A stretch of DNA of 64,000 nt from an uncultured Thermoleophilia bacterium (GTDB taxonomy: Bacteria; Actinomycetota; Thermoleophilia; UBA2241). The notes under the pieces were generated by a model, which saw nothing but the letters and a program-made list of their open reading frames with translations, was not told the origin of the DNA and did not search any database. Every line of letters starts with the position of its first letter. Position 1 is the stretch's first letter. Of the stretch, positions 27,719 through 37,369 are shown piece by piece. The position numbers and the translations under genes are program-made. The stretch lies in assembly GCA_963702475.1 (NCBI GenBank), contig CAVPCT010000005.1, positions 288,001 to 352,000 on the forward strand. The letters are read 5' to 3'.

Positions 27719-28438
27719 GTGAGAGGTCTGGCAGGCAAGCGCGTGGTCGTCACCGGCGGCACCAGCGGCATCGGGGCCGCCACGGCGGCGCGCTTTCGCG
27801 AGGAAGGATGCGACGTCGTGGTACTGGCACGCACGCCGGGGCCCGGCGTGACCGTCTGCGACGTTGCCGACCGCGGCCAGGTGGAGCAGGTCTTCGCGCG
27901 GCTGGAACGCCTCGACGTGCTCGTCGCGAACGCCGGCGTGAGCGAGCGCTGCGCGGCCGCCGACATCACGCCCGGGCAGTGGGCACGGGTGATCGGCACG
28001 AACCTGGACGGAGCCTTCTGGACGGCGCAGGCCGCCGCCGCGCGCATGCCCGCCGGCGGCGGCACGGTGCTCTTCACGGCCTCCACGAACGCGCTGGTCG
28101 GCTACCGCTACTACGCCGACTACAACGCGGCCAAGGCCGGTGTGGTGGCGCTGACCCGTTCGCTGGCGCTCGAGTGGGCGCCACGGGTGCGCGTGAACGC
28201 CGTGTGCCCCGGCTACGTGCTCACGCCGATGCAGGAGGCCGAGTACTCGCCGGAGATGCTGGCCGCGGTCAATGAGCGCATCCCGCTGGGGAGGCACGCG
28301 TGGCCCGAGGAGGTCGCGGGCCTGTTCGCCTACCTGGCCTCGGACGAGGCCGCCTACTTCACGGGCTCGGTGATCGTGATGGACGGCGGTGAGACCGCGG
28401 GGAGCGTGGTCAGCGGCCCCGGAGGACCCGGAGCCTGA
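27719..28438 (+). CDS. SDR family oxidoreductase
   Basis: TGGTSGIG, ANAG, YNAAK catalytic motif, VNAVCPG; RBS GAGGAGG. Confidence 0.92.
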   Translation: MRGLAGKRVVVTGGTSGIGAATAARFREEGCDVVVLARTPGPGVTVCDVADRGQVEQVFARLERLDVLVANAGVSERCAAADITPGQWARVIGTNLDGAFWTAQAAAARMPAGGGTVLFTASTNALVGYRYYADYNAAKAGVVALTRSLALEWAPRVRVNAVCPGYVLTPMQEAEYSPEMLAAVNERIPLGRHAWPEEVAGLFAYLASDEAAYFTGSVIVMDGGETAGSVVSGPGGPGA

Positions 28439-28550
28439 CACCGCCGCCGCGGCGGGCGGAGAGGCAAGCGTCCGAGGCAGCACACGAGCGCAGGTCGCGA
28501 GCCCCGTACGCTTTGCGCAGGTCCCGAGCCCCGTACGCGAGCGTGGCCCG

Positions 28551-30373
28551 TCAAGGGACCAGTGTGCCGCCCTGGGAGTCAGTCGGCGTGACCGGCTTCT
28601 TGGGTTTGGAGGGCAAGTCGCCGGCGGGGGCGCTGCCGCCCTTGTCCGGCGTCGCATCCCTGATGCCGCCAAGCTCGTTGGACGGGTCGACGGCGGAGGG
28701 GGCGGGCTCGTTCGAGGACGCCGAGGAGGAGCCCGCGCGGGACGCCGGCGCCCCGCTCGCCGCCGGCGCCGCCGGCCGCGTGACGGCGACGGTGTGCTCA
28801 GGAGCCGCGCCGCCGGCCGAGTCGTTCTGAGCGGCGGCCAGCCGCACGCGCGCCTGCGCGCCCCGCACGAGCGCGACCAGCGTGTCGGTGTGTCCCTGGT
28901 CGCCGGGGCCTCTGCCTCCGATGGCGCGGAGCATGCGCATCGCGGTGCGCTTGGCGTCGTTCCACTCGCGCAAGGCGTCCGCGCCGGCTAGTCCGCCTCC
29001 GGCCAGCAGCAGACCGAGCTGCCTGACCTGTGCTGCCAGCTGAGGGTCGCCGGTGAGGACGGCCGCCCTGCGCAGGAGCCGGAGCTGGCGCCGCTGGCTC
29101 TCAACGCCCCGCATGTCCGCAGCCGCGGCGGCAGCCGCGCTCTGCTGCTCGGCGACCGTCGAGCTGACCGCGAGGTCGGTGGACGGCGCCGGCGAAGGCG
29201 TCGGCGCCGCTGCCGCGGCGACCTGGGGTGCAGCTGCCGGCGGCGCCGGGGGCACGACCCTGGAGGCCTGCACGCCGCCGTACGCCACCACCGACGTGGC
29301 CGCCAGGGCCACAACGGCGGCCTTGGCGACGCCGAGGCCGACGAACTTGGCGGCGATGCCGCCGGAAGCGCTCAGGACCGCGCTCGGCGAGGCGCCGAGC
29401 AACGGCGCGGCGGCGGAGACGGCGGCGCCCGACGACGCGGCCGCGGCAGACGAGGCGGCGCCTCCTGCGGCCGCTCCGCCGGTGGGCGCCCGCTGGCCGC
29501 CGCGCCGGTCTTGGCGCCGGCGAGCCCGGCGGCCGCGAGGCCGCCGTGGGCGCCGAACAGCGACGGCGCCGCCACGAGCGGCAGGACGAGCGCGAGGCCC
29601 GCCTTCGTCTCGCCGTGCCACGATGAGACCACTGCGGCGCACGGCTCGCACGAGCGCGCGTGCTCGAGGATCCGGCGTCGCTGTGCCGGGCTCAGGCGGC
29701 CGCCGACGGCGGCGGCAGCGGCCCGCTCGGCGTAGCGACACACGTGTGCTTCTTGTTCTTCGGCGACGAGCGCGCTGTACGTCCGCCTGAAGGAGTGCCG
29801 TGCACGGAAGAGCAGGATCTCGGACGACGCCCGTGAGATACCGAGCGTGTCGGCGATATCGGTGTGCGTGAGCCCGTGGACGTCCTTGAGCACGAGCGCC
29901 GCCTGCTGGCGCGGCGAGAGGGACGCGAGGCTGTCCGAGAAGAGGCGCGCCATCTCGCGGCGCTCGCCCTCGTCGCCCGGGACCGTGCCGGCAAGCTCCT
30001 CGGCGTCCTCGACAGGTACGGGCCTGCGGCTCGCCGCCCTGAGGTGGTCCCAGCAGGTGTTGACGGTGACCCGGTAGAGCCACGCCCACAGGTGCAGCTC
30101 GCCCTGCATCTCAGGGATGCGCCGGTACGCTTTGAGGAAGACGTCCTGGGCGACGTCGCGGGCTTCCTCACGGTCGCGGACCAACCGGTACGCGAGACTG
30201 AACACGGCGTTCTGGTAGTCGCTCACGAGTTCGTCGAACGCCTCGGGGCGCTGCGCCCTAAGCGCCTCCACGAGCCGCGCGTCCTGCCGGGGCTGAGGAC
30301 GCGCCCCCTCCTCCACCACGGACAGCCTCGGGCGGTGCGGGGCCAAACGAGTATCGTCGGGTTTGACTGCCAT
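28551..30373 (-). CDS. ECF sigma factor fused to a zinc-binding anti-sigma (HxxxCxxC) domain, TM helix and Pro/Ala-rich extension; frameshift near 29490
   Basis: Sigma2 (EARDVAQDVFLKAY, WLYRVTVN) and sigma4 (LSPRQQAALVL...LFRAR); HARSCEPC; reading continues in the 28551..30089 frame if one G is added to a G run. Confidence 0.7.
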
Positions 30374-30788
30374 CCTCCACCCTCATGAACGCTGCCGGCG
30401 CACCAACCTTAGCACCGCAAACGGCGCTGACGCCTCCCGAACCTCCTGCCGGGCTGCCGCGTGAGGCCGGCTGCGCCGCCTCCGTGGCGCCGCCCTGCCC
30501 TCAGAGGAGGAAGAAGATGCCGAGGCTGTATCCCGTTCCCACTGGTGTTGTCACCGATATCGGGCCGTTCGCAGTCACTCCGGGCGCTCGACGGCGTGCC
30601 CGACGATATGCCCACCTGCTTCTGTTGTCGGCAGGGCGCATCGCAGCTTGAAGTGCCGGTGTTGTCTGCACACTGCACATCTGTCTTCGCCAACGAACGA
30701 CGGCCCGGCGCCTCTTTCACACGGTCTTCATCTTGCTCGCGTATCCTTGGCGCCTGGCGTACGACCCAACGACGAGGTGGATCTGACC

Positions 30789-31757
30789 ATGGACTGTCCG
30801 GAATGCGGCTTCGACGCGGGCGAGGCCAACTTCTGCCCGGAGTGCGGCAACGACCTGAGAGGACTCGACGACGGCCTGCCGGAGCCCGGCGTCTGTCCCG
30901 AGTGCGGGACCGACGCCGGTGACGCGAAGTTCTGCCCGGAGTGCGGCCACCGACTGGCGGACGCGCCGCCGGCGCCGCGCGGCGCGCGGCCGGCCCCGGC
31001 GCCCCCGGCGCGGGCGCAGCGCGCCTCCGAGGCAGCCGACGAGGCGGCCTCCGGCAAGAGTCGCCAGCAGCGCCGCCAGGCGGAGCGCCGGGCGGCGCAG
31101 AAAGCGGCCCGGCACCAGCACGCGCCGGCAGCTGCGCCCGCGGCGCGCCCTGCCGCCTCAGGACGCACCCTCTGGCTGATCTGGGGCGGCTTCGCCGTCG
31201 CCGCCGTGGTCGTCGTGCTGATCGTCGTCGGCCTGGGCCGCGGCGACGGCACGAGTGGCGGCTCCGCCGAGGCGCCGAGCGGCGGCGGCTCCGTCCCCGC
31301 CGTCACGGCCGACACCGCCGGCTCCTACACGGAGCTAGTCGCGCGCGCCAACGGCCTCTACGACCAGGGCAGCGCTGCGTTCCAGAACAACGACGCCACG
31401 GGCGGCCAGACGTACTTCGCCGCGGCCGCCAAGGTGTACGCGGCCGCCTGGAAGAAGCAGTCCGACGACCCCAATGTGGGCACCGACTTCGCCACCTCGC
31501 TCTTCTACTCCGGCCAGACCGACAAGGCCCTCACGCAGGTGGATGAGGTGCTGGCGGCCAGTCCGGACTTCCAGACGGCGCACCTGAACAGGGGCATCTT
31601 CCTCAAGACGGCGGCGCAGGACGCGACCGACGCCGGGGACGCCGAGACGGCCGAGCAGCTGCTGGCCGACGCCAAGGCGTCACTCGAGAAGGCCGTCAGC
31701 ATCGACGCCGGCTCGGACCCCGGCCAGCGCGCCGCTGAGGAACTGGAGAGTCTGTGA
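30789..31757 (+). CDS. Double zinc-ribbon, single-TM, TPR-like membrane protein
   Basis: Four CPECG motifs; hydrophobic helix LWLIWGGFAVAAVVVVLIVVG; TPR-like helices. Confidence 0.8.
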   Translation: MDCPECGFDAGEANFCPECGNDLRGLDDGLPEPGVCPECGTDAGDAKFCPECGHRLADAPPAPRGARPAPAPPARAQRASEAADEAASGKSRQQRRQAERRAAQKAARHQHAPAAAPAARPAASGRTLWLIWGGFAVAAVVVVLIVVGLGRGDGTSGGSAEAPSGGGSVPAVTADTAGSYTELVARANGLYDQGSAAFQNNDATGGQTYFAAAAKVYAAAWKKQSDDPNVGTDFATSLFYSGQTDKALTQVDEVLAASPDFQTAHLNRGIFLKTAAQDATDAGDAETAEQLLADAKASLEKAVSIDAGSDPGQRAAEELESL

Positions 31758-31838
31758 TGCGGGAGACGCCGGTCGCCTGACGGCCGCCGGCGCCGCGGTT
31801 CAGCGTCCCGGCGCGGCGGTGGTGGTTCCCTGTCGCGG

Positions 31839-32156
31839 TCACGCCGACGCCAGCATCCGCCGCGGGGCGGGCTGCGCGGGAGCCGGCACGAGCGCCGCAG
31901 CCGCGGTCACGCGGCACAGCCGGCAGACGCACGCGTCCGCGTGCCGCCACCCGAACTCTATGCCGACCTGCCGCTCGAGCACCGAAGCCGACAGCGGCGA
32001 GGGATGTGCGCCTGTGCGCAGAAGATCCGGCCAGTCCCGCAAGTCGAAGAGCTGGCCGCGCCGGTAGAGCAGCGCCTCGCCGTACTCGAAGAAGTACGCC
32101 GGACGACCGCTCTCGCGGACCTCCGCGAGCGACAGGATCGTGCGCCTCACCTCCAT
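31839..32156 (-). CDS. Hypothetical protein with a C-terminal H-x3-C-x-C-x2-C motif
   Basis: Globular-looking composition, plausible codon usage, WRHADACVCRLC. Confidence 0.5.
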   Translation of the reverse strand: MEVRRTILSLAEVRESGRPAYFFEYGEALLYRRGQLFDLRDWPDLLRTGAHPSPLSASVLERQVGIEFGWRHADACVCRLCRVTAAAALVPAPAQPAPRRMLASA

Positions 32157-32359
32157 GTCGGCAGTGTTCCCACCGTTCGGTGACGACAACAGTGTTAGAC
32201 CGACATGCAAGCGGGAGGTCCTCGTCGGGCACGGGGCTACGCGTCCCCCACCGCGATGGACGGCGGTACGGCGGTGCCTCGGCTTCGTGGTCGTGGAGAC
32301 GGTCTACCGGCAGGCGAGAGGGACGGAACGCACGGCGAGAGACGAACTGCTGATAAGAG

Positions 32360-32436
32360 TGGTAGCGGCGGTAGGACTCGAACCTACGACACGCGGATTA
32401 TGATTCCGCTGCTCTGACCAGCTGAGCTACGCCGCC
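32360..32436 (-). tRNA. tRNA-Met (anticodon CAT, elongator type)
   Basis: GGCGGCGTAGCTCAG...GCGGA-atCATaa-TCCGC...GGTTCGAGTCC...ACCA; G1-U72 pair and no initiator GGG/CCC anticodon stem. Confidence 0.93.
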
Positions 32437-32656
32437 ACGCGGGGATGCATACGGTACCACAGGCGAACGGGGACGCTCAATCCACGGCCGGTCCGAGTGG
32501 CCTGACCCGGAACGGGGTTCGGACCAGCGTTCGGGACCGCACGGCCCGAGGTCGTCTGCGGCATCTCCGGGCGCGCCCGGCACATCACCAGCCGCCATGT
32601 CCCCGAAGGCGCCCGGCACGGTCGGAGGGGCCGCCGGCGGCCGCCCTCGCGCACGG

Positions 32657-32685
32657 TTGAAAGCGCTCCGGCTTTGGGCTAGGAT
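32657..32685 (+). promoter_or_regulatory. Housekeeping-sigma promoter of the tRNA-Tyr/tRNA-Thr operon
   Basis: TTGAAA-N17-TAGGAT, 12 nt before tRNA-Tyr. Confidence 0.7.
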
Positions 32686-32697
32686 TCCTCGGCTCCC

Positions 32698-32782
32698 GGG
32701 GGAGTGCCCGAGTGGTTAAAGGGGGCGGACTGTAAATCCGTTGGCGCAGCCTACCCAGGTTCAAATCCTGGCTCCCCCACCA
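32698..32782 (+). tRNA. tRNA-Tyr (anticodon GTA)
   Basis: GCGGA-ctGTAaa-TCCGT arm, long variable arm, CCA end. Confidence 0.97.
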
Positions 32783-32786
32783 GCAG

Positions 32787-32862
32787 GCCCGGTTAGCTCA
32801 GTCGGCAGAGCACCTCCATGGTAAGGAGGGGGTCCGCGGTTCGAATCCGCGACCGGGCTCCA
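32787..32862 (+). tRNA. tRNA-Thr (anticodon GGT)
   Basis: CCTCC-atGGTaa-GGAGG arm, GGTTCGAATC, CCA end. Confidence 0.97.
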
Positions 32863-33006
32863 GTCTCTCCCCCACCTCTCTCGTTTCTCTCCGCCGCACG
32901 CTCCTCACGCCGCCCCGTCGGGGGAGACGCCGTGGTCCCCGCTGCACCGGGTGTGGGCGACCTGCGGCAAGCACGAGGCCCTGGACGAGGCGGGCTCCGA
33001 GTGCCA

Positions 33007-34431
33007 CTAGGCCATCGGGATGCTCGTGCTCGCGCAGGCCTGAGCAGCCTCGGACCCCGCGGCCTCGCCCGCGGCGGCGGCGCCGGCCGACGACACGCTG
33101 CCGCAGACGGTGCCGGCCAGCAAGAGCGGCACGCCGCCGGGCAGACGGTGACGGGCGACGCCGTCTGCCGCCGGCGGCGCAGCCGCGACGACAGGCTCGA
33201 GCACGAACGCGCCGGCGGCGAGCGCCTGTCTCACCAGCTCGTCGGCCGCGAGGCCGCCCGCGGCCACGCACACGAGGTCGCACGTGAGGCGCACGCACCG
33301 GCGTCCGGCGCCGCCCGGGCCCTCGAGCGCGAGCGTCGCGGCCCGCACCGAGACACGCCCGTGGGCGCGTAAGTCGCGCACACCGCCGAAGACCGGCGCG
33401 GGCGGACCGGTGGCGGCGCGTGCGGACCCGAGCGGCTCGCGTCCGCCGGCGCGCAAGTCGGCGACGGCGACCACCTCCACGCCTCCCGCGGCGAGCTCGG
33501 CGGCCAGCACGTAGCCGTCGTCGCGGTCGGTGACGACGAGGGCTCGACGACGCGCGAGCGCGCCGCAGCGCAGCAGGCGGCGCGCGGCTCCGCAAGCGAG
33601 GACGCCGGGCAGGTCGCCGCCGCGGAACGGCGGGATCCGCTCGTGCACTCCCGTGGCCAGGACCACGGCGGCGGGCTCCACAAGCAGCAGGTCGTCGCCG
33701 GCGACCACGGCGAGGACGCCCTCCTCGTACCAGCCGGCGACCTCCGCGCCGGTCAGCACGCGGAGACCCCCTCCCCGCGCCAGCTCGCCGACGCGCGTCC
33801 GCAGGCGCCGCGGCTCGGGGCCGTCGACGGCGCGCCCGCCGAGGAGCGGGTGACGCTCCACCAGCAGCGTCGGCGCGCCTGCGCCGGCGGCCGCCACGGC
33901 GGCGCTCATGCCGGCGACCCCTCCCCCGGTCACGACCACGCCGCCGCGCACGCGCTCGAGCCGCGCCCGCGCCAGCAGCCGCGCAGCCGCCTCGCGCTCC
34001 GGCAGGGCGGTCTGCCCCGCGGCGCGGGCCAGGACGCGTTCCGCCACGTGCCAGGCGCGCGGCGAACGCCGGAACCACGAGTAGTAGAAGCCGGCGTGCA
34101 GCAGGGGCGCGGCAAGCTCCGCCGCGCGCCCCAGGTCTGCGCCGGCCGACGGCCACCCTCCTTCCCGCTCGACCGCCATGCCCTCGCGCACCGGCGTGAT
34201 GCACGTGCGCACGCCGGGGAGCCCGTCCACGCGCATGGCGCAGCACGAGCACGTCCCGTTACCGCAGCGTACGCCTCGGGGGCGGTGGAACTTCGACGAC
34301 CGCCCGAACACCCGCAGCCCGTGTGCGGTCAGGGCCGCGGCCACGGTCACACCCTCGGGCGCCGTGAGCGTCCGACCTTCGAACCTGAACCGCACCAGCG
34401 GTACGCCGGGGTCGGCGGAGCCGCGCATCAC
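33007..34431 (-). CDS. Sarcosine oxidase alpha / proline dehydrogenase alpha-like subunit (2Fe-2S + FAD)
   Basis: FGRSSKFHRPRGVRCGNGTCSCC, GGGVAG, LATGVHERIPPF. Confidence 0.8.
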   Translation of the reverse strand: MMRGSADPGVPLVRFRFEGRTLTAPEGVTVAAALTAHGLRVFGRSSKFHRPRGVRCGNGTCSCCAMRVDGLPGVRTCITPVREGMAVEREGGWPSAGADLGRAAELAAPLLHAGFYYSWFRRSPRAWHVAERVLARAAGQTALPEREAAARLLARARLERVRGGVVVTGGGVAGMSAAVAAAGAGAPTLLVERHPLLGGRAVDGPEPRRLRTRVGELARGGGLRVLTGAEVAGWYEEGVLAVVAGDDLLLVEPAAVVLATGVHERIPPFRGGDLPGVLACGAARRLLRCGALARRRALVVTDRDDGYVLAAELAAGGVEVVAVADLRAGGREPLGSARAATGPPAPVFGGVRDLRAHGRVSVRAATLALEGPGGAGRRCVRLTCDLVCVAAGGLAADELVRQALAAGAFVLEPVVAAAPPAADGVARHRLPGGVPLLLAGTVCGSVSSAGAAAAGEAAGSEAAQACASTSIPMA

Positions 34432-35651
34432 CCCTCCTCCCCCGCGGACACGACCAGAGACGGCTCATGGATGAGCCTGCCCTCGCGCAGACGGTCGATG
34501 GTGAACGGCGCCAGCAGCTCCGGAGTCCTGCCGGTGGCGATCAGCTCCCCGAGCAGCGCGCCGGCGGCCGGGGCGCCCATGAACCCGTACACCCAGCCGC
34601 AGTCGAGGTAGAAGCCGTCGAGCTCGGGCACGGGCCCGAGCACCGGCGCCACGTCCTCGGCCTGGGTGCACACGCCGGCCCAGTGCCGCATGAGGCGGAC
34701 CCCGGCGAGGGACGGGAGCAGGCGCGTGAACTTGGCGGCCATGTCGCGCGCGCCCGCCAGCGATGCGCGCAGGTCCTGCTCCTCCCGGACGGGCACCGGT
34801 TCGGTGCCTCCGACGATCTCGCCGCGCGTAGTCTGATGGCAGTACGCGAGGTGGCGCGGCGAGCTGAGAGCGGGGCGGAGGAACGGCCGCAGGGGCTCGG
34901 TGACCATGGCCTCCAGGACGTAGGTGCGCAGCGGCACCTCGACGCCGGCCAGGCGGGCGACGCCGGCAGCGTGGCCGCCGGCGGCGTCCACCACCAGCGG
35001 CGTCGCGACGTGGCCGCGGCTGGTGCAGACCCCGGTCACGCGGCCGGCGACGGTCTCCACCGCGGTCACCTCGGTGCACGGGTGGACCTCGGCGCCGAGT
35101 CCGGCCCCGGCCCGGATGTAGCCCCACACCACGGCGTCGTGATGGGCGAACCCGGCGTCCGGCTGGTACATGGCGCCGCGGACCTGGCCGGGGGCCAGCG
35201 CCGGCGCCAGCTCGAGGGTCTCGGCGGCGCCGAGCACGCGCGTGCGCAGGCCGAGCGCACGCTGCATGCGCACGTGACGCTCGAAGGCGGCGACCTCGTC
35301 GTCGCTCGCCGCGAGCACCGCGTAGCCGGCCGCCGTGAACAGCACGTTGAAGTCCAGCTCGGCGGACAGCGTGCGCCAGCGCCGCAGGCTCTCGTCGAAC
35401 AGGCCCATCCACTCCTTCGAGGCGAAGGCCGAGCGGATGAGCTCGCCGTTGCGGCCGCTGGCGCCGGCGCCGGGGTACGCCGCGTCGAGGACGGCGACGC
35501 GGCCGACGCCCCGGCGCGCCAGTTCGTGCGCGACGGCCAGCCCCTGCACACCCGCCCCGATGACGACCACGTCGTAGGCGCGCCGGAGCGCGCCGGTGCA
35601 GGCGCCGGGGACGACCCTACCGCCGGGCATGACCCGGTCACGGACGCTCAT
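34428..35651 (-). CDS. FAD-dependent amine/imine oxidase (sarcosine oxidase beta / DAO family)
   Basis: YDVVVIGAGVQG, GASGRNG, AHHD, EAMVTEP, WAG, GW.YGFMGAPA. Confidence 0.85.
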   Translation of the reverse strand: MSVRDRVMPGGRVVPGACTGALRRAYDVVVIGAGVQGLAVAHELARRGVGRVAVLDAAYPGAGASGRNGELIRSAFASKEWMGLFDESLRRWRTLSAELDFNVLFTAAGYAVLAASDDEVAAFERHVRMQRALGLRTRVLGAAETLELAPALAPGQVRGAMYQPDAGFAHHDAVVWGYIRAGAGLGAEVHPCTEVTAVETVAGRVTGVCTSRGHVATPLVVDAAGGHAAGVARLAGVEVPLRTYVLEAMVTEPLRPFLRPALSSPRHLAYCHQTTRGEIVGGTEPVPVREEQDLRASLAGARDMAAKFTRLLPSLAGVRLMRHWAGVCTQAEDVAPVLGPVPELDGFYLDCGWVYGFMGAPAAGALLGELIATGRTPELLAPFTIDRLREGRLIHEPSLVVSAGEEG

Positions 35652-35934
35652 CGCCGCCTTCGCCCGCGCCGGCCGCCAGCGTACCCAGCCGCACCGGCCA
35701 CAGCGGCGGACGCACCGGCGGAGCCGGCACGTCCGCCGGATCCCGCCCCGTCAGCTCGGCGAGGAGCAGGCGCACGGCCTCGCCGCAGCTCTTGCCCTGG
35801 CACGGCCCGGTGAACGCGCCGGTGAACCGTTTGAGCGTCTCGACGTCGGCGTAGCCGGCGGCGACGGCGCGCCGCACATCTCCGGCGGTCACGTCACGGC
35901 AGAGGCAGAGGATGACCCTGTCGTCCATCGTCAC
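35638..35934 (-). CDS. BFD-like [2Fe-2S]-binding protein
   Basis: ILCLCRDVT...LKRFTG..TGPCQGKSC...RPP. Confidence 0.85.
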   Translation of the reverse strand: MTMDDRVILCLCRDVTAGDVRRAVAAGYADVETLKRFTGAFTGPCQGKSCGEAVRLLLAELTGRDPADVPAPPVRPPLWPVRLGTLAAGAGEGGDERP

Positions 35935-35979
35935 CTCAGGGGTCGACGGTGCGTCCCGGTCGCCCGCCTCCGCGACACG

Positions 35980-37164
35980 TCAGTACGCGCAGGTCAGGGT
36001 CGCGTCCACGTGGATGTCGCGGCGGTTGCACTCGGCGAAGTACGCCTCGGGCGGGATACAGGCCTCGCCGCCGAACGCGCCGCGCTCTGTGATCACGCCA
36101 CGCCCGAGCAGCAGCACCGTCACGGCCGAGAGGAACCCCACCGTGAACGCCCCGCACGACATGTCCCACGGCGGGTACGGGTGCTGGATGCTCTCGAGGC
36201 GGTAGTCCTGCAGCTGCCCGTCCCTGGTACCGCGCACGTCCACGCGCAGCACCTTGTGGTCGTCGGGTCTCGGCGGCGGGCCTGCGGCGGCCGCCTCCTT
36301 CAGCGACTCCTCCACCAGCTTCATGAGCAGGGCGCGCGGGACGACCTCCACCCCGTCCACCCCCAGCGGCTCCTTGCCGGCCAGGCCGAGCTCCACCACG
36401 AAACGCAGCTTGTCCTCGAACGCCTTGGGCAGCGACAGCTGGAAGCTCACCTCGCGGATGCCCTTGTCGCGGAACGACACGGGGATCGTCTGCGGCTCGG
36501 AGTGGATCGTGTAGAAGCAGGTCTGCGTGCCGACCGGCTCCGGGAAGTCGATGACCTCGGCGCCGGAGAACGGCGTCATCTCGCACCAGTCGCCGTCCTT
36601 GAAGATCCACGGGTCCATCATGAACTCGTTGAGAAGGGTGTCGAGAGAATACGGGGGGACGAGAGGCGCCCAGGCCGGCGCGAAGTTGACGATGCCGTCG
36701 CGGATCCTGACCCATTCGACGGTGTCCAGGCGGAGCGACGCATACCGCGCCATCACGTTGACGATTCCGGGCGCCGAGCCCGAGCCGCAGACCGCCGTGA
36801 GCCCGGCGGCCTCGAACCGGTCGTGCATCTCGAGCTGCTTCTTCGCCCAGTGGAAGAGGCCGCCCATATCGGTGTAGTGGCACCCGGCGGCGAGGCACGC
36901 CTCCATGATGCCCTCGTTGAAGTAGGGCAGCGTGGCGTTGAGACAGACGTCGATGCCGTCGAGCGCCGTCGCCGTGGCGGCGCGGTCGGTGACGTCCACG
37001 ACCGCCTGGGAGACCTTGGCGGCATCGAGAGCCTCCACGCGACCGCGCAGCGCGGTCGCGTCGGCGTCCGCCAGAAGGAGCGCCTCGACCTCGTCGTTCT
37101 CCACGAGCTCACGCACGGCGCCCTGCGCCATCTTGCCGGCGCCGCCCATCACGCAGACCTTCAC
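35980..37164 (-). CDS. Saccharopine dehydrogenase family oxidoreductase
   Basis: GGAGKMA Rossmann motif, YFNEGIMEACL, HYTDMGG, GSAPG, HSEP. Confidence 0.8.
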   Translation of the reverse strand: MKVCVMGGAGKMAQGAVRELVENDEVEALLLADADATALRGRVEALDAAKVSQAVVDVTDRAATATALDGIDVCLNATLPYFNEGIMEACLAAGCHYTDMGGLFHWAKKQLEMHDRFEAAGLTAVCGSGSAPGIVNVMARYASLRLDTVEWVRIRDGIVNFAPAWAPLVPPYSLDTLLNEFMMDPWIFKDGDWCEMTPFSGAEVIDFPEPVGTQTCFYTIHSEPQTIPVSFRDKGIREVSFQLSLPKAFEDKLRFVVELGLAGKEPLGVDGVEVVPRALLMKLVEESLKEAAAAGPPPRPDDHKVLRVDVRGTRDGQLQDYRLESIQHPYPPWDMSCGAFTVGFLSAVTVLLLGRGVITERGAFGGEACIPPEAYFAECNRRDIHVDATLTCAY

Positions 37165-37369
37165 GGAGCCCTCCTCTCCCGGGAAGCCGCCGCCGAGCCC
37201 CCCTCCGGGGGCAGGGCGGCGGCTGCTGCTGTCGCCTCGACGCTAGCACCCGGACTCGGCGACGGGCAAGGTCGGCGGCGAGAGGACGGGAAGCGCTCGG
37301 CCGCGCCGCCGAGCGCGCCGCCGGCCGCGTCTCAGCGCGCGACGACGAGCCGCCGGCCGCCGCGCCCGC

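Noticed and set aside
30409-30720. ORFs or an ncRNA in the sigma / zinc-ribbon intergenic region, including three TGTTGTC copies
   Set aside because: The ORFs lack host codon bias, and the 7-mer repeats are irregularly spaced and too short to support a call.
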